From Lama glama (Eukaryota), in contig CM052817.1 in the NCBI GenBank assembly GCA_028534125.1, forward strand, positions 96,598,001 through 96,662,000: a DNA stretch of 64,000 bases, read 5' to 3'. Below, one piece after another: positions 52,683-64,000 of this stretch; the first letter of the stretch is position 1, and each line of letters starts with the position of its first letter. The notes beneath the pieces were generated by a model. It was given only the letters and a program-made list of their open reading frames with translations. It made no database searches and had not been told where the DNA came from. Position numbers and translations under genes: made by a program.

Positions 52683-53040
52683 TGCAATGGGCTAAATGTT
52701 TCTGTCCCCCCAAAATTCATATGTTGAAATCCCCCACCGTGACGGTATTAGGAGGTGGGGCCCTTGGGAGGTGATTAGGTCATGAGGGTGGTGCCCTCAT
52801 GAATGAGATTACTGCCCTTATAAAAGAGACCCCAGAGAGTTCTCTTGCCCTCTTTCCACCATGTGAGGATGCAAGAAGTCAGTAATCTGTAAACCAGAAG
52901 AGGGCCTTCACCAGAACCTAACCATGCTGGCACCCCGATCTCAGACGTCCACCCTCCAGAATTATGGGAAATAAATTTCTGTGTCTACAAGCCACCCAGT
53001 TTATAGCCTTTTGTTACAGCAGCCCCAATTCAGTAAGACA
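52683..53040 (+). mobile_element. MLT1A-like MaLR solo LTR
   Basis: TGCAATGGGCTAAATGTT...CCCCCCAAAATTCATATGTTGAA...TATAAAAGAGACCCCAGAGAG...AATAAATTTCTG...TAAGACA; TSD CACAT/TACAT. Confidence 0.92.
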
Positions 53041-53112
53041 TACATATATATGTACAGATACACATGAAGTAGCTCAGAGAAAGTGCTTCTCTAAGGAAGT
53101 AAAGCAATGGGG

Positions 53113-53605
53113 CTGTGTAGATTACAGGTACTGACGGCCACAACAGTTCGTCCCATCCCTGTAAGCTAGCACTCAGCAGTGTGACTTTGTCACTCCCTCA
53201 TCAAAAAGTGGAGTAAATTTCTCCCTCCGTCGAATATGAGCTGGCCCTGTGACCAGCTGAGACCAACAGAAGTGATGTGTGTGACTCCCTCACCTGGGCT
53301 TCCAGAAGCCTTGCAGCTTCTGCACTCATGTTCTATTTATAGCACTGCCAGCACGTGCAGAAGCACACGCTGGTCTTCTCAAGGGTCAGCACTAACAGCC
53401 AGGCAATTTAGATCATCCTGCTCTAGTCAAGACAGAAGATAACCACAGCTGCTTGAGTGACTGCAGGAGAGGCCAGAACAACTGCCCAAATGTGAGCAAC
53501 CAAAATTGGTAACCACCGGGATCATGAGGTTAATAAATGGTGGTTTTAAGCCACCATTTGCAGTGAGCTTTGAGGTGGCTTGTTATACAGCAAAAGCTGA
53601 TATAA
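53113..53605 (+). mobile_element. MLT1H-like MaLR LTR
   Basis: GTGTGACTTTGTCACTCCCTCATCAA...GCTGGCCCTGTGAC...AATAAATGGTGGTTTTAAGCCAC...TTGTTATACAGCAAAAG. Confidence 0.75.
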
Positions 53606-54229
53606 GATTCAAGGTATATAATTTTCTCATCTAACACCAGAACAAAATGGAAAGATCAAGGGAATTATGGTTGTTCACCCTGCATTTCCCAAAGTCCTCT
53701 CAGGAATTCTGAGAAAGGGAGATGGAGCCTTGACACAGAACAGGTCCATTTTCACTTCTTGGGTAGAATAGGCTTTAAAGTTTCTTTCTCTAAAATAAGT
53801 GCTCTTAATCTGACTTTAAGAAGGCGCGTGGTCCTAGTTCAAGTAGAGAATTCCTGGTAGCGGCCCAGTGTACACATAGTTCCTGCTTATGATGGCAGGA
53901 AATGTACTGGCCTACATCTCCCAGGATAGTCCTGAGTTCAAGTTTTCTCATCAAACTATGTGTTGCTAGGGCAAGTCTTCTGATCTGAGGTTGGAACAAT
54001 ACGAATACTATGTCCATATACTTTGGATACTTTGGATACCATAATTGGCAAGTTAGACATTTTGTTGAGACATTTCCAAAACCCATCCTGTGTTCTCACC
54101 AGACAGCATAACAAAAGCATATTATTCTTTTAATGCACACAGATTTAAAAGCATGGCCATTAAGCAAAGCCATCACTGCTATCAAAGGCATCTGCAGTGT
54201 GCCAGGAGTATAAATAGAGAAACCAAAAA

Positions 54230-55135
54230 CACTGTCTAATCTAATGGTCCAAATCAGATGACGATGGATTAGAGTATTGGCAGTAGAGGCTGGGGAAAAG
54301 GATGAATTCAAAATTTGTTTTGGGAGTAGAAATGACAGGACTAAAGACATAATTGTGGAAAAAAAAAAAAGGAAACAACAGCACATCCAAGTACACACAT
54401 CAAAAGTGTATACAGTTGGATAGATGGGTTCAGAGTATGGATGAAAAAAAAATTTAATAGGAGAATCTGAGTTTGAGAATTGTCTGCAAATGGGTGATAC
54501 TTAAAACCATGGAATGATGAGAGTTCCTAAGTAGAGACTGTGGATGGGGAAGGAAAGAGGACCAAGACCTGAGCACTAGGGAGCCCCTGCATGTAGAAGT
54601 CAGGAAGCGAGAAGAGCCTATGAAGGCAACTAAGAAAGATGTAGAGGAAAACCAGAGTGCACCATCACAGACACCACAAGATGCAAGGAATAAGAAAATC
54701 CAGACAGACGACTGGCTGTACACAGTTGAAAGATCAAATAAAACAAGAACATATTAATCTCATTAGATTTGGCAACATCGAGGCTATTGATGATCTTGAC
54801 AAAAGCGTTGTCAGTGAAGTTTGCTGGATTGCAACCAATCTGGAAGGGGTTGTAGAAGAAACAGAAGGTGAAGAGCTAGAGGTACCCCATAGAAATAACT
54901 TTATAAATGGCTTGTAAAGGGGGCCAGAGAAATGAAGTGGTAACTAGGAGAGATTGAAGACTCCAGAGGAAGCTTGGGGCTTTTTGTTTGTTTTGTATTT
55001 TAGGTTGAGATACACAGTTTGTTTGCTTCTGGGTATGAGGCAGTAGAGATGGAACTATTGATAATGCAGGAGAGAAGAAAAATAAACAAAGGAGAAAAGT
55101 CCTTACAAGAGGATGGCATCCAGAGCTGATGGGCA
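54230..55135 (-). mobile_element. L2 ORF2 fragment
   Basis: Purine-rich decayed tract: GGCAGTAGAGGCTGGGGAAAAG, AGAGGAAAACCAGAG, TTAGATTTGGCAACATCGAGG...TGATCTTGACAA. Confidence 0.7.
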
Positions 55136-55149
55136 AGTTTCATATTTAA

Positions 55150-55261
55150 TTTTTTTGAGGGGGAAGGTAATTAGATTTACTTTTAATGGAGGTACTGGGG
55201 ATTGAACCCAGGACCTCATGCATGCTAAGCATGTGCTCTACCACTGAGCTATACCCTCCCC
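55150..55261 (-). mobile_element. Vic-1-like SINE with a near-intact tRNA-Ala head
   Basis: Minus strand GGGGAGGGTATAGCTCAGTGGTAGAGCACATGCTTAGCATGCATGAGGTCCTGGGTTCAATCCCCAGTACCTCCA, followed by the CTAATTACC tail. Confidence 0.93.
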
Positions 55262-55324
55262 TCCTCCAAATCAGTTTTTAACTGAAAGGCCACACTAAGA
55301 TGTATACGAAATTGTCTATATATT

Positions 55325-55475
55325 GACTGAAGATCAGCATCCATCTGAGAGCTTGTTAGAAATGCAAACTCTCAGGCCCCACCCTAGACCGTCTGGGTGG
55401 CTGAGCCCAGGACTTTGCATGTTAATAATCTCTTTAGGAGATGCTGATGCATGCTGAAATGTGAGAAGCACTGCT
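55325..55475. mobile_element. MER5A-like hAT element
   Basis: GAGCTTGTTAGAAATGCAAACTCTCAGGCCCCACCCTAGACC...TGAGAAGCACTG. Confidence 0.8.
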
Positions 55476-58342
55476 GTAAGTGTCACAGCATCTCTCTCTT
55501 TCCTGCCTGCTCTGACTCTGTCAGCTGAGTTTCAAGGCCTTTGTTATGCACAACTGGGTTAATGAAAAGGATTTAGACCAGGGCGATTGGTTAAGGTTTG
55601 GAAAAATATTGAGAATGAAGGACAAAAATGTCATCGGTCTCCTGCCCTGTCTCTCTCCAGTGCCCTTTCCACTCCTTGAAACAAACACGTTTTACTATTT
55701 TAGCTATATCATATGGTATTTGCCTTCATGTTCTAAATAACATAATACTGTACTTTTTTCTCTATTTTAGATAATATCTATTTTTTTTCCTCTGTAAGTA
55801 ATGTGAATTTAGCTCCTTACACCACACCTCACACAGATATTCTCTCTCCTAATTTTCAGAATAGTTTTATTACTTTTGGATAAATCAATATTTCATATTT
55901 TTATCCTGACTCTACAACTATTATTCATCAGTCAAGTAGTATATTATGATTGTATTTCCCTTGCTTGAGTAATTGTACACTATTCTCGGACTAAATTGCT
56001 TCTTTTTCACTTACCTTTCTTTTTTGAGGATCTCACTAAATCTTCCCGTACTCTTCAGTAACTCTCCATTCAACTTTCTATTTCGTCAAAACTGGAATAT
56101 GTATCTATCAGTTCCATTTTCTTTCTGGAAACACCCTCTCCCAAGCCCTTCATAATCCTGTTCAAGATGCCCCAGGTCATCAGGATTTTTCCTTCTCCTC
56201 TTTCCCAAGCTGGATCCCTTATGTCCTGGATCGTGGATCTCCCTCTTTTTTGATGTAACCCCTTGTTTTATAGGAATACATCCCTCTATAGCTTTCTGAG
56301 AAAATGTGGAGGAGATTTTAAAATAGTTAAAAAAAAAAAAGGACCTCATTTATTTGAAAATATCTTTATGTTAATTTCACACTGGATTGGTCACTTGATG
56401 AGGTACAGATTTCTAGACTGGAAATCATTCTTCTCAGAAATTTGAAGCATTACACCACTGACTAATAGAGTTCCATCTTGCAGTTGAGAAGCTGGATGCC
56501 ATTCTTAGTTCAGATCCTCGTATGTGGCCTGCTTCTGTTTTGATTTTCTCTCTGGAAGCTTTTACAATGCCCACTGCCACCACTTTTATTCAACACAGTA
56601 TCCTAGCTAGAGCAATTAGGCAAGAAAAGGAAAGAAAAGGCACCCAAACTGGAAAGGAAGAAATAAAACTGTCACTATTTGCAGATGACATATTAAATAT
56701 AGAAGACTCTAAAAGACTTCATCATTAGAACTAAAAAATAACTTCAGTAAAATGGCAGGATACAAATTCAATACACAAAAGTCTGTTGCATTTCTACACA
56801 CTAACAACAAACTATCAGAAAGAGAAATTATGAAAACAATCCCATATACAATTGCATCAAAAATAATAAAATACCTAGGAATAAATTTAATCATGGAGGT
56901 TAAAGACCTGTATATTGAAAACTACAAGACTTCAATGAAAGAAATCAAAGAAGACATAAATATATGGAAACATATTCCATGCTCATGGATTGGAAGAATC
57001 AAATTGTTAAAATGTCCATACTACTTAAAGAAATCTCCAGATTCAATGCAATCTCTATCAAGATTCCAATGGCATTTTTCAAAGAAATAGAACAAATAAT
57101 CCCAAAATTTGTGTGGAACCACAAAAAAAAAAAAAGTCAAATCATTCTTGGGAAAGAACAACAAACCTAGAGGCATCATGCTCCTTGATTTCAAACTAAA
57201 TTACAAAACTGTATTAATTGAAACAGTATGGTATTGGCATAAAAACCAACACATAGATCAATGGAACAGAATAGGGAACTCAGAAATAAACCCATGCATA
57301 TACAGAGTATTAATTTACAACAAAGGAGGCAAAAAAGACAAAGGAGAAAGGATAGTCTCTTCAATAAATGGTGTTGGGAAAACTAGACAGCAACACAGCC
57401 ACATATAAAAGAATGAAACTAAACCACTGTCTTACACCATACACAAAAATTAACTCAAAATGGATTAAAGACTTGAAACATAAGATCTGAAACCCTTGAA
57501 ACTCCTAGAAAGAAAAACATAGGTAGTAAACTTCTTGATATAGGTCTTGGTGATAGTTTTAAAAATCTGACAACAAAAGAAAAAGCAACAAAAGCAAAAA
57601 TAAATGTGCCACTACATCATTCTAAAAAGCTTCTGCATAGCAAAGAAAACCATAAATAAAATGAAAAGCAACCTACTGAGTGGGGTAAAATATTTGTAAA
57701 TTATACATCTGGTAAGAGGTCAATATCCCAATTATATAAAAAACTCATACAACTCAACATCAAAAAACAAACAACCCAATTAAAAAATGGGCAGAGGACC
57801 TGAATAGACATTTTTCCAAAGACATACAGATGGCCAACATTTACATAAAAAGATGTTCAGTATCATTAACCATCAGAGAAATGCAAATCAAAACCAAATG
57901 AGGTATCTTCTCATGCATACTAGAATATCTATTATCAAAAAGACAAGAAACATATAGGAGAGGACATTGAGAAAAGGGAACATTTATGCACTTTTGGTTG
58001 GAATATAAATTGATACAGCCACTATGGAAACCAGTATGCAGATTCCTCAAAAAATTAAACATAGAACTATTATATGATCCACCAATTGAACTTCAGGTTG
58101 TTTATCCAAAGGAAACAAAAACATTAACTCAAAAAGATATATGTATCCCCATGTTTATTGCAGCACTAAGATGCAGAAACAATCGAAGTGTTCAATCATG
58201 GATAAAGAAATTGTGGTATATATACAACAGAGTATTATTCAGCCATGAAAAATAACAAAATCTTGCCATTTGCAACAACATGGTTGGACCTCAAGGGCAT
58301 TATGCTAAGTGAAATAAGTCAGACAGAGAAATACAAATACTG

Positions 58343-58420
58343 AAATTGTACTGAACACTGGAATTTGACACAACACTGTAAAATGATTATGAATCAATAA
58401 AAATGTAAAAAAAAAAAAAA
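58343..58420 (+). mobile_element. 78-bp young L1 3' tip nested in an older L1
   Basis: Perfect 16-bp TSD AGAAATACAAATACTG at 58327-58342 and 58421-58436; near-identical to 609-683. Confidence 0.95.
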
Positions 58421-58461
58421 AGAAATACAAATACTGTATGATCTCTTATATGTGCAATCTC

Positions 58462-58464
<3 letters not shown>

Positions 58465-58507
<43 letters not shown>
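58465..58507. repeat. (AC)~21 microsatellite in an L1 3'UTR
   Basis: Directly visible. Confidence 0.98.
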
Positions 58508-58510
<3 letters not shown>

Positions 58511-61500
58511 CTCAAGCTCTTAAATACAGAGAATAACTGATTGGTGGTTGCCAGAGGAGGTTGGAAGGTGGGAGATATGGATGAAGGGGGTCAAAAAGTG
58601 AAAAAAAAAGGAATAAATTTTAAATAATTAACTTAAAATTTTAAAAATACATATATTTAAATATCACATGAACTTTATATCCATATTTCTAAAATTTCAT
58701 GATCATATGCCCTTGAGTAGTTCTTTTTTCCAATCATATTTGGTATTCAATGGTCTTTTGCATCAAAAAACTCATGTCCTTTGACTCTGAAATTTTCTGT
58801 ATAAACCTTTGATAATATTTCCCTCCATTTTCTTGTTCCCTCTTTCTGGAATGCCTATTATTTAAATGTTAGGTTTCCATTACCCTCATATTGTCTTATC
58901 TTTCTCTCCCAATTTTCACTCCTGGCTTTTGTTCTACCTTCTAAAAGTCCTCAAATTTATCCTCTAAATCTTCTATTGAATTGTTTCTACTGCCTCATTT
59001 TTATTTTCCATGAGAGTCAGTTCCCTAATAAATACTTTTAAGAGGCTCTTATTTTGTTTAATACATATAAATTATATTATCTTTCCTAGGATATTAATCT
59101 CTTTTTTTCACATTTATTTTGTGAGCCCCACCATGAATTCTGTCCCCTCACTTTTTTTTCTATTTTTTTGTTCTGGTTCCTGTCTTAAAATTACCTTTCC
59201 TCTTGGTTAGCTCTTTATACTTAAAGGTCGGCTACCAAATCCTTACTGGAAGCTCCGTGTGTGTGGTTTGTCCAGTGATGGGCTCCACAGTAGGATGCCA
59301 GGCAGATACATAGGTCTTACAGTGTGTCTGACTCCTTCCCCAACGCTCCCACCAGTGTCCTAGGTACAGAGCAGGGAATGAAGTCAGGGGAGTCTGATGG
59401 TCAAAATGTAGACTGTCATTTAATCCTGTCTCCATCCAGCCTCAGTCGCTTCTTTGATTGCCAATGAGCACAATTTTATCTGTCATAGTTTCATGTCTTG
59501 ATTTGTCCTTAGCAAAACTTGGTCACTATCAATGTGAAAACTGTGGAGTTAGGGCAGGCCTGGGAGCATTATCATGGGGTGAAAGGGAAAACATGCCAGA
59601 GGGCATCCTGAGTTCATTCCAACCCTATTTGGGAGAAGAAGAGGAGCCAGAATGTAGGGGAAGCAGAAAAGGGTGGTGTGCAGGTGGCTTGGGGTGAGAA
59701 GGCACCATTCTGCCAACTTTTAGATTTGTCCTCATCCACTCACTTCTAATAGACAGAACACTTGAACTTTCATTCTCTCTACCTCCTGTTATCTTGCTTT
59801 CTCTCTTAGGGCAGTAAAGTGGCAGGGAAGGCAAGCCTAACTCAGGGAGTTTATTGCATAGGAATGAACCCATCTGGTGATCTCCTGTGAACAGAAGTGT
59901 TTGCTGGCTGCACCATCACATACACGCCCAGACAGTTTATCACGTACATACAGTTTAGAAATTCTTGTGATCTTCATGTTTCATGTACCCAGATAGGGTC
60001 ATTGAATGATATCATCATAACAGCTATCACTAGTGTATAAATGCAGTGCAGTTTTAACAGGCGTAATAAACCGTATGTATTCCAACCATAAAAAGGAATT
60101 TTCCCACCCCTCCTCCTATTTCTCTTGGAACATCAGCAAATTGAGTTGCAAGGGAAGTATAATGAAAAGATTTTTAAGTCATCCTGCAGACATGAAGACA
60201 TGGGAAGTTGGCTATGAAATTACATCTGGGTATTTTCGCTTATTCCCTGTTCAAACCCTGTCCAAAATTTCTCTATGAAATAGGAAACTTTCTTTCCCCC
60301 TTCCTTGCCTCTGCACTCTTCAAGTCTCAAGCTAGCTGACCTTTTATTAACTCTCTTCCTCACTCCCCAGCCTACCCCCTAAAATACTTTGCAGCAGTAG
60401 AGACTCATTCTTCATTGCTTGAACAGTTAAAAAGAAAAAAGGAAAAAAAATGAGTCCATAACAAAGAGTTTCCTACCACTGCCAAGATATACTGTGATCA
60501 ATCACCAAAAGCAGGGACATATTCCAAGAGAGTAAGTATCAGCAGTTTTAGAGAAAACCAAGGTGCATAACCAAATAAATATAGCGTATACCTAGGGGTA
60601 CAGAATCAGTTGTGCAGCATAAAAAGCAGATGACATCTTAGGAGTTATTGATTAAACCCCAAACCAGAGTTCTTATGGTATTTTAAGAGGAAACACCATG
60701 AGCTGTTTTCCCTTGCTTTTCTTTTTCTTTCACTTTTTCCTTCCCTCCTATTCGTCTCAGGATTGAAGGGTGAGGAGCGGTAAGAATAGTAATGATGATG
60801 TGGATTATACGCAAAGCACATACACTGTAGAAGGCGGGATATGGTTTTCACCTAGACTATCCCGTTTCTTTCTCTCCTTAGACTTTGAGCACAAAAAGTA
60901 TGGTCTATCCGTCAGCCTTTGTTCTGCATCTTGAGCGTAACACGTGGCCCTACAATCTGGAGTATCTTACATGCTTAATATAAAAGCGTTCAAAGCAAGA
61001 CTTGTTTAAAAGATATGTGAGGGGGTCAAGACTGAAGTATCCAAAGGGACTCAAGAGGGTGAACTAAGTTCATAAATGTTTAAGGGAGCCTGGACTTGAG
61101 CTTTCCCATAGAACAAGGGGAAGGGAAAGAGAAGTCAAATAAATTCCAGCTAGATAAGCAGTCTGGGTAAAGGACAAGAAGAGTGGGAGAGGGAGGAGGG
61201 TAGAAGAAAGGAGATCATAAAGCCAGGAAAGGGAAAGGTTCATTAAACTTGAGTTTGAAAGGAAATTGTACAAACAGTTAATAAAGAGAGATCAATACCG
61301 GGGGGTGGGGGGGATGTTCCCAGGACCCTGGGCAAGTCAGCACCTGGCAGCGGGCTGCATAATGGTAATGTGACCCAGGCAGATACAGAAAAGTGGATTG
61401 AGAATTTGAGAGGGTTTGAGACAGGCACTTTCTGTTGTAGCATCCCTGAAATGGGGAGAGATGCTAACAGCTGAATCTTCAACTAAAAAAACAAAAAACA

Positions 61501-61676
61501 AAAGACTCCATCCTGCACAATGGCGGCTGGATTATAAGCACCGTTCACAAAAGAACTAAACGCTCTTTTAGGAAATGCAGCTAATGAGATGAAAGAACGA
61601 TATAGACCAGATTGTGTGGTCATTCTTGACCCACTCAACTTGTTCTTATTTCCCCTCTGTGGCCAGCAGCTCACTC

Positions 61677-61729
61677 TTGGCATTCATCAGTAGGATATGA
61701 GCACATGCAAAGGTTTGTAGCCAGAATCT
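61677..61729 (-). other. Candidate exon of 53 nt
   Basis: Acceptor cattttgggtttttctgcag|ATTCTG; donor AAGA|gtgagc; non-repetitive surroundings. Confidence 0.3.
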
Positions 61730-63049
61730 GCAGAAAAACCCAAAATGCCACATTAAAAAATTCTCATCAGAATTCTTTGCAAAATGCACAAACAGGCACT
61801 GGATGTAAAGCAAATGGACATAGAGAAGATTCACTACATAAGCCACTCTTCTCTCTGCAGGAAATGATAGTCCAATATCAACAACGTGTCCTGCAGGCTG
61901 ACCCCTCAATCACAGGCGTCCAGCTGCTCTTGTTAACAACAAAGGCATGATTTATCTCTCAAGGATGTAAAGGAATGAAAGACACAACCGAGAAAGTTAT
62001 GGCTTAAGCAGATGGGATTGATCCCTTGGGACAATGACTTTCCCAACATTTATATCCTCTCCTCTGTATGTTCTGGTATCAAGCCATATCTCAGGATTGT
62101 TCTCGTGTTAAATGCCTCATCACTATCCTGATATTTTACTTTTTTCAGGCTAGTGCTTTCTGTAGCTAGCAATTCATTAATTAAATTGCCTTCATTTGCA
62201 AAGCAAACATGATTTTGGCCAGAGCAAGATTTATTTTGTTTGATTGTATATTTGTTTTCTTAGGCATATATTAATTTACATAGGTGAAGCCATATTTCTA
62301 AACAGACTGAGTAATTTTTCTGAAGCACAATTCTCAGGCTTGCCTTTCCATGCCTGTCCAAACCACCCCCCCGAAAAAGGTCAAATGTGATCTAATTTCT
62401 GCTTGAGGAAGCAGATGGATGCAGGAAACAGGAAATTGGATTCATCCACATCAAAAGTCCACACCCAAAGATCCAAATCATAGAAAAGCCAGTATTTTTA
62501 TCACTTCTTTGACGAATCATTGTCAGATGCCTTTCTCCTAACTTACTACAATGCCTCCTTCCAGAATTCAAACAACCAAAAAGTTCAGATAACTGGAACT
62601 TTTCTTCTATATTTTAGCTTTGTATAAAAAAGACTAAACAAATAATGGATATCAGAGACTTGGAGGTTTGTTATTATGCTGTTGTTTTTCTACTTAGAGT
62701 AGGTCATAGGATCTCAGACTAATCACCTACATCTTAGCCCCTTATGATAATAATAGCATTTATGTTCAACCATAATTATACTAAGGCTCTTCATGACAGG
62801 AACCATCAAAGGAAGAACAAATTCATTTTAATGCTATGTGTACATACTTTATTTGAAAAATTTTTAAACTGGAGATCAATACAGCTCTCAATTAACTATA
62901 ACATTTTCTTAATGAGGACACTTTCATGTATATACACCTTTCTAAGTGGGAAAAGTACTCTAAATTCAGTAATAAACACACACATATGCAAAATAGTTTT
63001 TATCAGGAAAGTAAATTCTGTGGAGAAGATGGAATTTCAATGACCCTAT

Positions 63050-63335
63050 CAGTCAAAGAAGCTAGTCACAAAAGGCTGTATGTATATGGAAAGTCCAGAA
63101 CAGGCAAATCCACAGAAACAAAAAGCAGATTAGTGGTTGTCTAGGGCTGGGGAATGGGGGGTGGGAAGGGTGGGGGAAGTGACTGCTAATGGATATGGGA
63201 TTTGGGGGGGCTGATGATAATAATATAAACTTGGATTGTGGTGATGGCTGCACAACTGTGAATATAATTTAAAAATCACTGAAATGTACACTTTAAATCA
63301 GCAAAATGTATGGCATGCTATATCTCCAAAAAACA
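63050..63335 (+). mobile_element. L1MB/MC 3'UTR
   Basis: GTCCAGAACAGGCAAATCCACAGAAACAAAAAGCAGATTAGTGGTTG...GGTGATGGCTGCACAACTGTGAATATA...TGTACACTTTAAA. Confidence 0.9.
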
Positions 63336-64000
63336 TTTTTTCAAAATACCCTCTCAGAGGTGGTTTCCCAGAGCTGCCCAGCACAAGGGTGGGTCAATAA
63401 AATCCAACCGGGAGCAGCAAACCTTTGGGTGAATCTCCTTTCCCTCACCCTTTCCTCCTCTTTCTTTGTCAGTGATATTGGACTAATCTCCGTTTCCTTC
63501 TCTGATTCCATCCCACTGACTTGGAGTTGTACTTCGCCACCTGTTCACTAACCTGGCTTTCAATTTCTGCCCCTCCTGAGAATAACATCAAGTGCTCTTT
63601 GTAGAATGTCCACTGATGGAAACCCTGCCTTCTGGATCTCATGGGAAGTCTGACACCTGAGCCCATGCTGCCATTCTCGACCAGAACTCCTAGACTCTGC
63701 CAAGTTTCCACTGTTTTCAAATCCCAACCTCAGTCTTCTCTCAGAGATGTTAAGTTAGAACCAAAATAGGGGTTCTGATCCACGCCAGGCCAGGCGCCTC
63801 AAGAAGGCTTTGCTAGAGCTATGGCAGTCACGTAGATCTAAGCGAAATGTTATAAAATATACAACGTGCTCTCACGTTGGAGAGCACCCAACTTCTTTTT
63901 ATCCATTCAACTGACCTGGATATTAGTGGGTTTTCCATTTGGACTGGACCATCCTGTCCCTACTCAGGATGCAGGTTACAGAACAGAATGCTGGGAAATT

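Larger units (their letters stand above)
56565..58620 (+). mobile_element. 5'-truncated L1 (ORF2 from the RT domain to the end, plus 3'UTR)
   Basis: ORF track: '[10 protein letters not shown]...KLSLFADD', '[14 protein letters not shown]...KYLGINL', 'TVWYWHKNQHIDQWNRI', 'QPLWKPVCRFLKKL'; many frameshifts. Confidence 0.97.
55640..59230 (-). mobile_element. Very old L1ME-like remnant split by a younger L1 (pieces 55640-56560 and 58680-59230)
   Basis: TACAGATTTCTAGACTGGAAATCATTC...TTGCAGTTGAGAAGCTGGATGCC on the left; T-rich continuation on the right. Confidence 0.6.

Noticed and set aside
56522..58255. RT-like ORFs as a functional gene
   Set aside because: They are frameshifted pieces of a 5'-truncated L1 ORF2.
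60787..60870. C/D snoRNA (ATGATGA box C)
   Set aside because: There is no suitably placed CTGA box D or terminal stem.
1..64000. Prokaryotic-style systems (CRISPR, operons, defence islands)
   Set aside because: The sequence is mammalian and repeat-rich; there are no repeat-spacer arrays or gene-dense ORFs.

Overview
This is AT-rich mammalian genomic DNA, not prokaryotic. It is most likely camelid (alpaca, vicuna or camel), judged from eight copies of a tRNA-Ala(AGC)-derived SINE resembling camelid Vic-1 and from artiodactyl-type LINE-1 3' ends. I recognise no host protein-coding gene. The ORF track is chance ORFs plus decayed L1 ORF2 pieces. Much of the window is interspersed repeat: L1 of several ages, L2, MIR, MaLR/ERV LTRs and hAT MERs. 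There is a 100-N scaffold gap at 15127-15226. The best-supported unusual structures are four. (1) A young L1 that keeps the whole of ORF1 but lacks almost all of ORF2; its breakpoint sits at a natural CAG and it may carry a 3' transduction. (2) A fully resolvable nest: two solo LTRs with interlocking 4-bp target-site duplications (TSDs) plus a twin-primed inverted L1, all inside a MER21-like LTR. (3) Very short young L1 insertions with perfect TSDs. (4) Several minus-strand exon-like segments which, with a plus-strand L1 bias, suggest the window is intronic in a minus-strand transcript. Repeat family names come from recalled consensus motifs rather than a database search, and boundaries of old repeats are approximate. 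I found no convincing evidence of a wholly new biological system.
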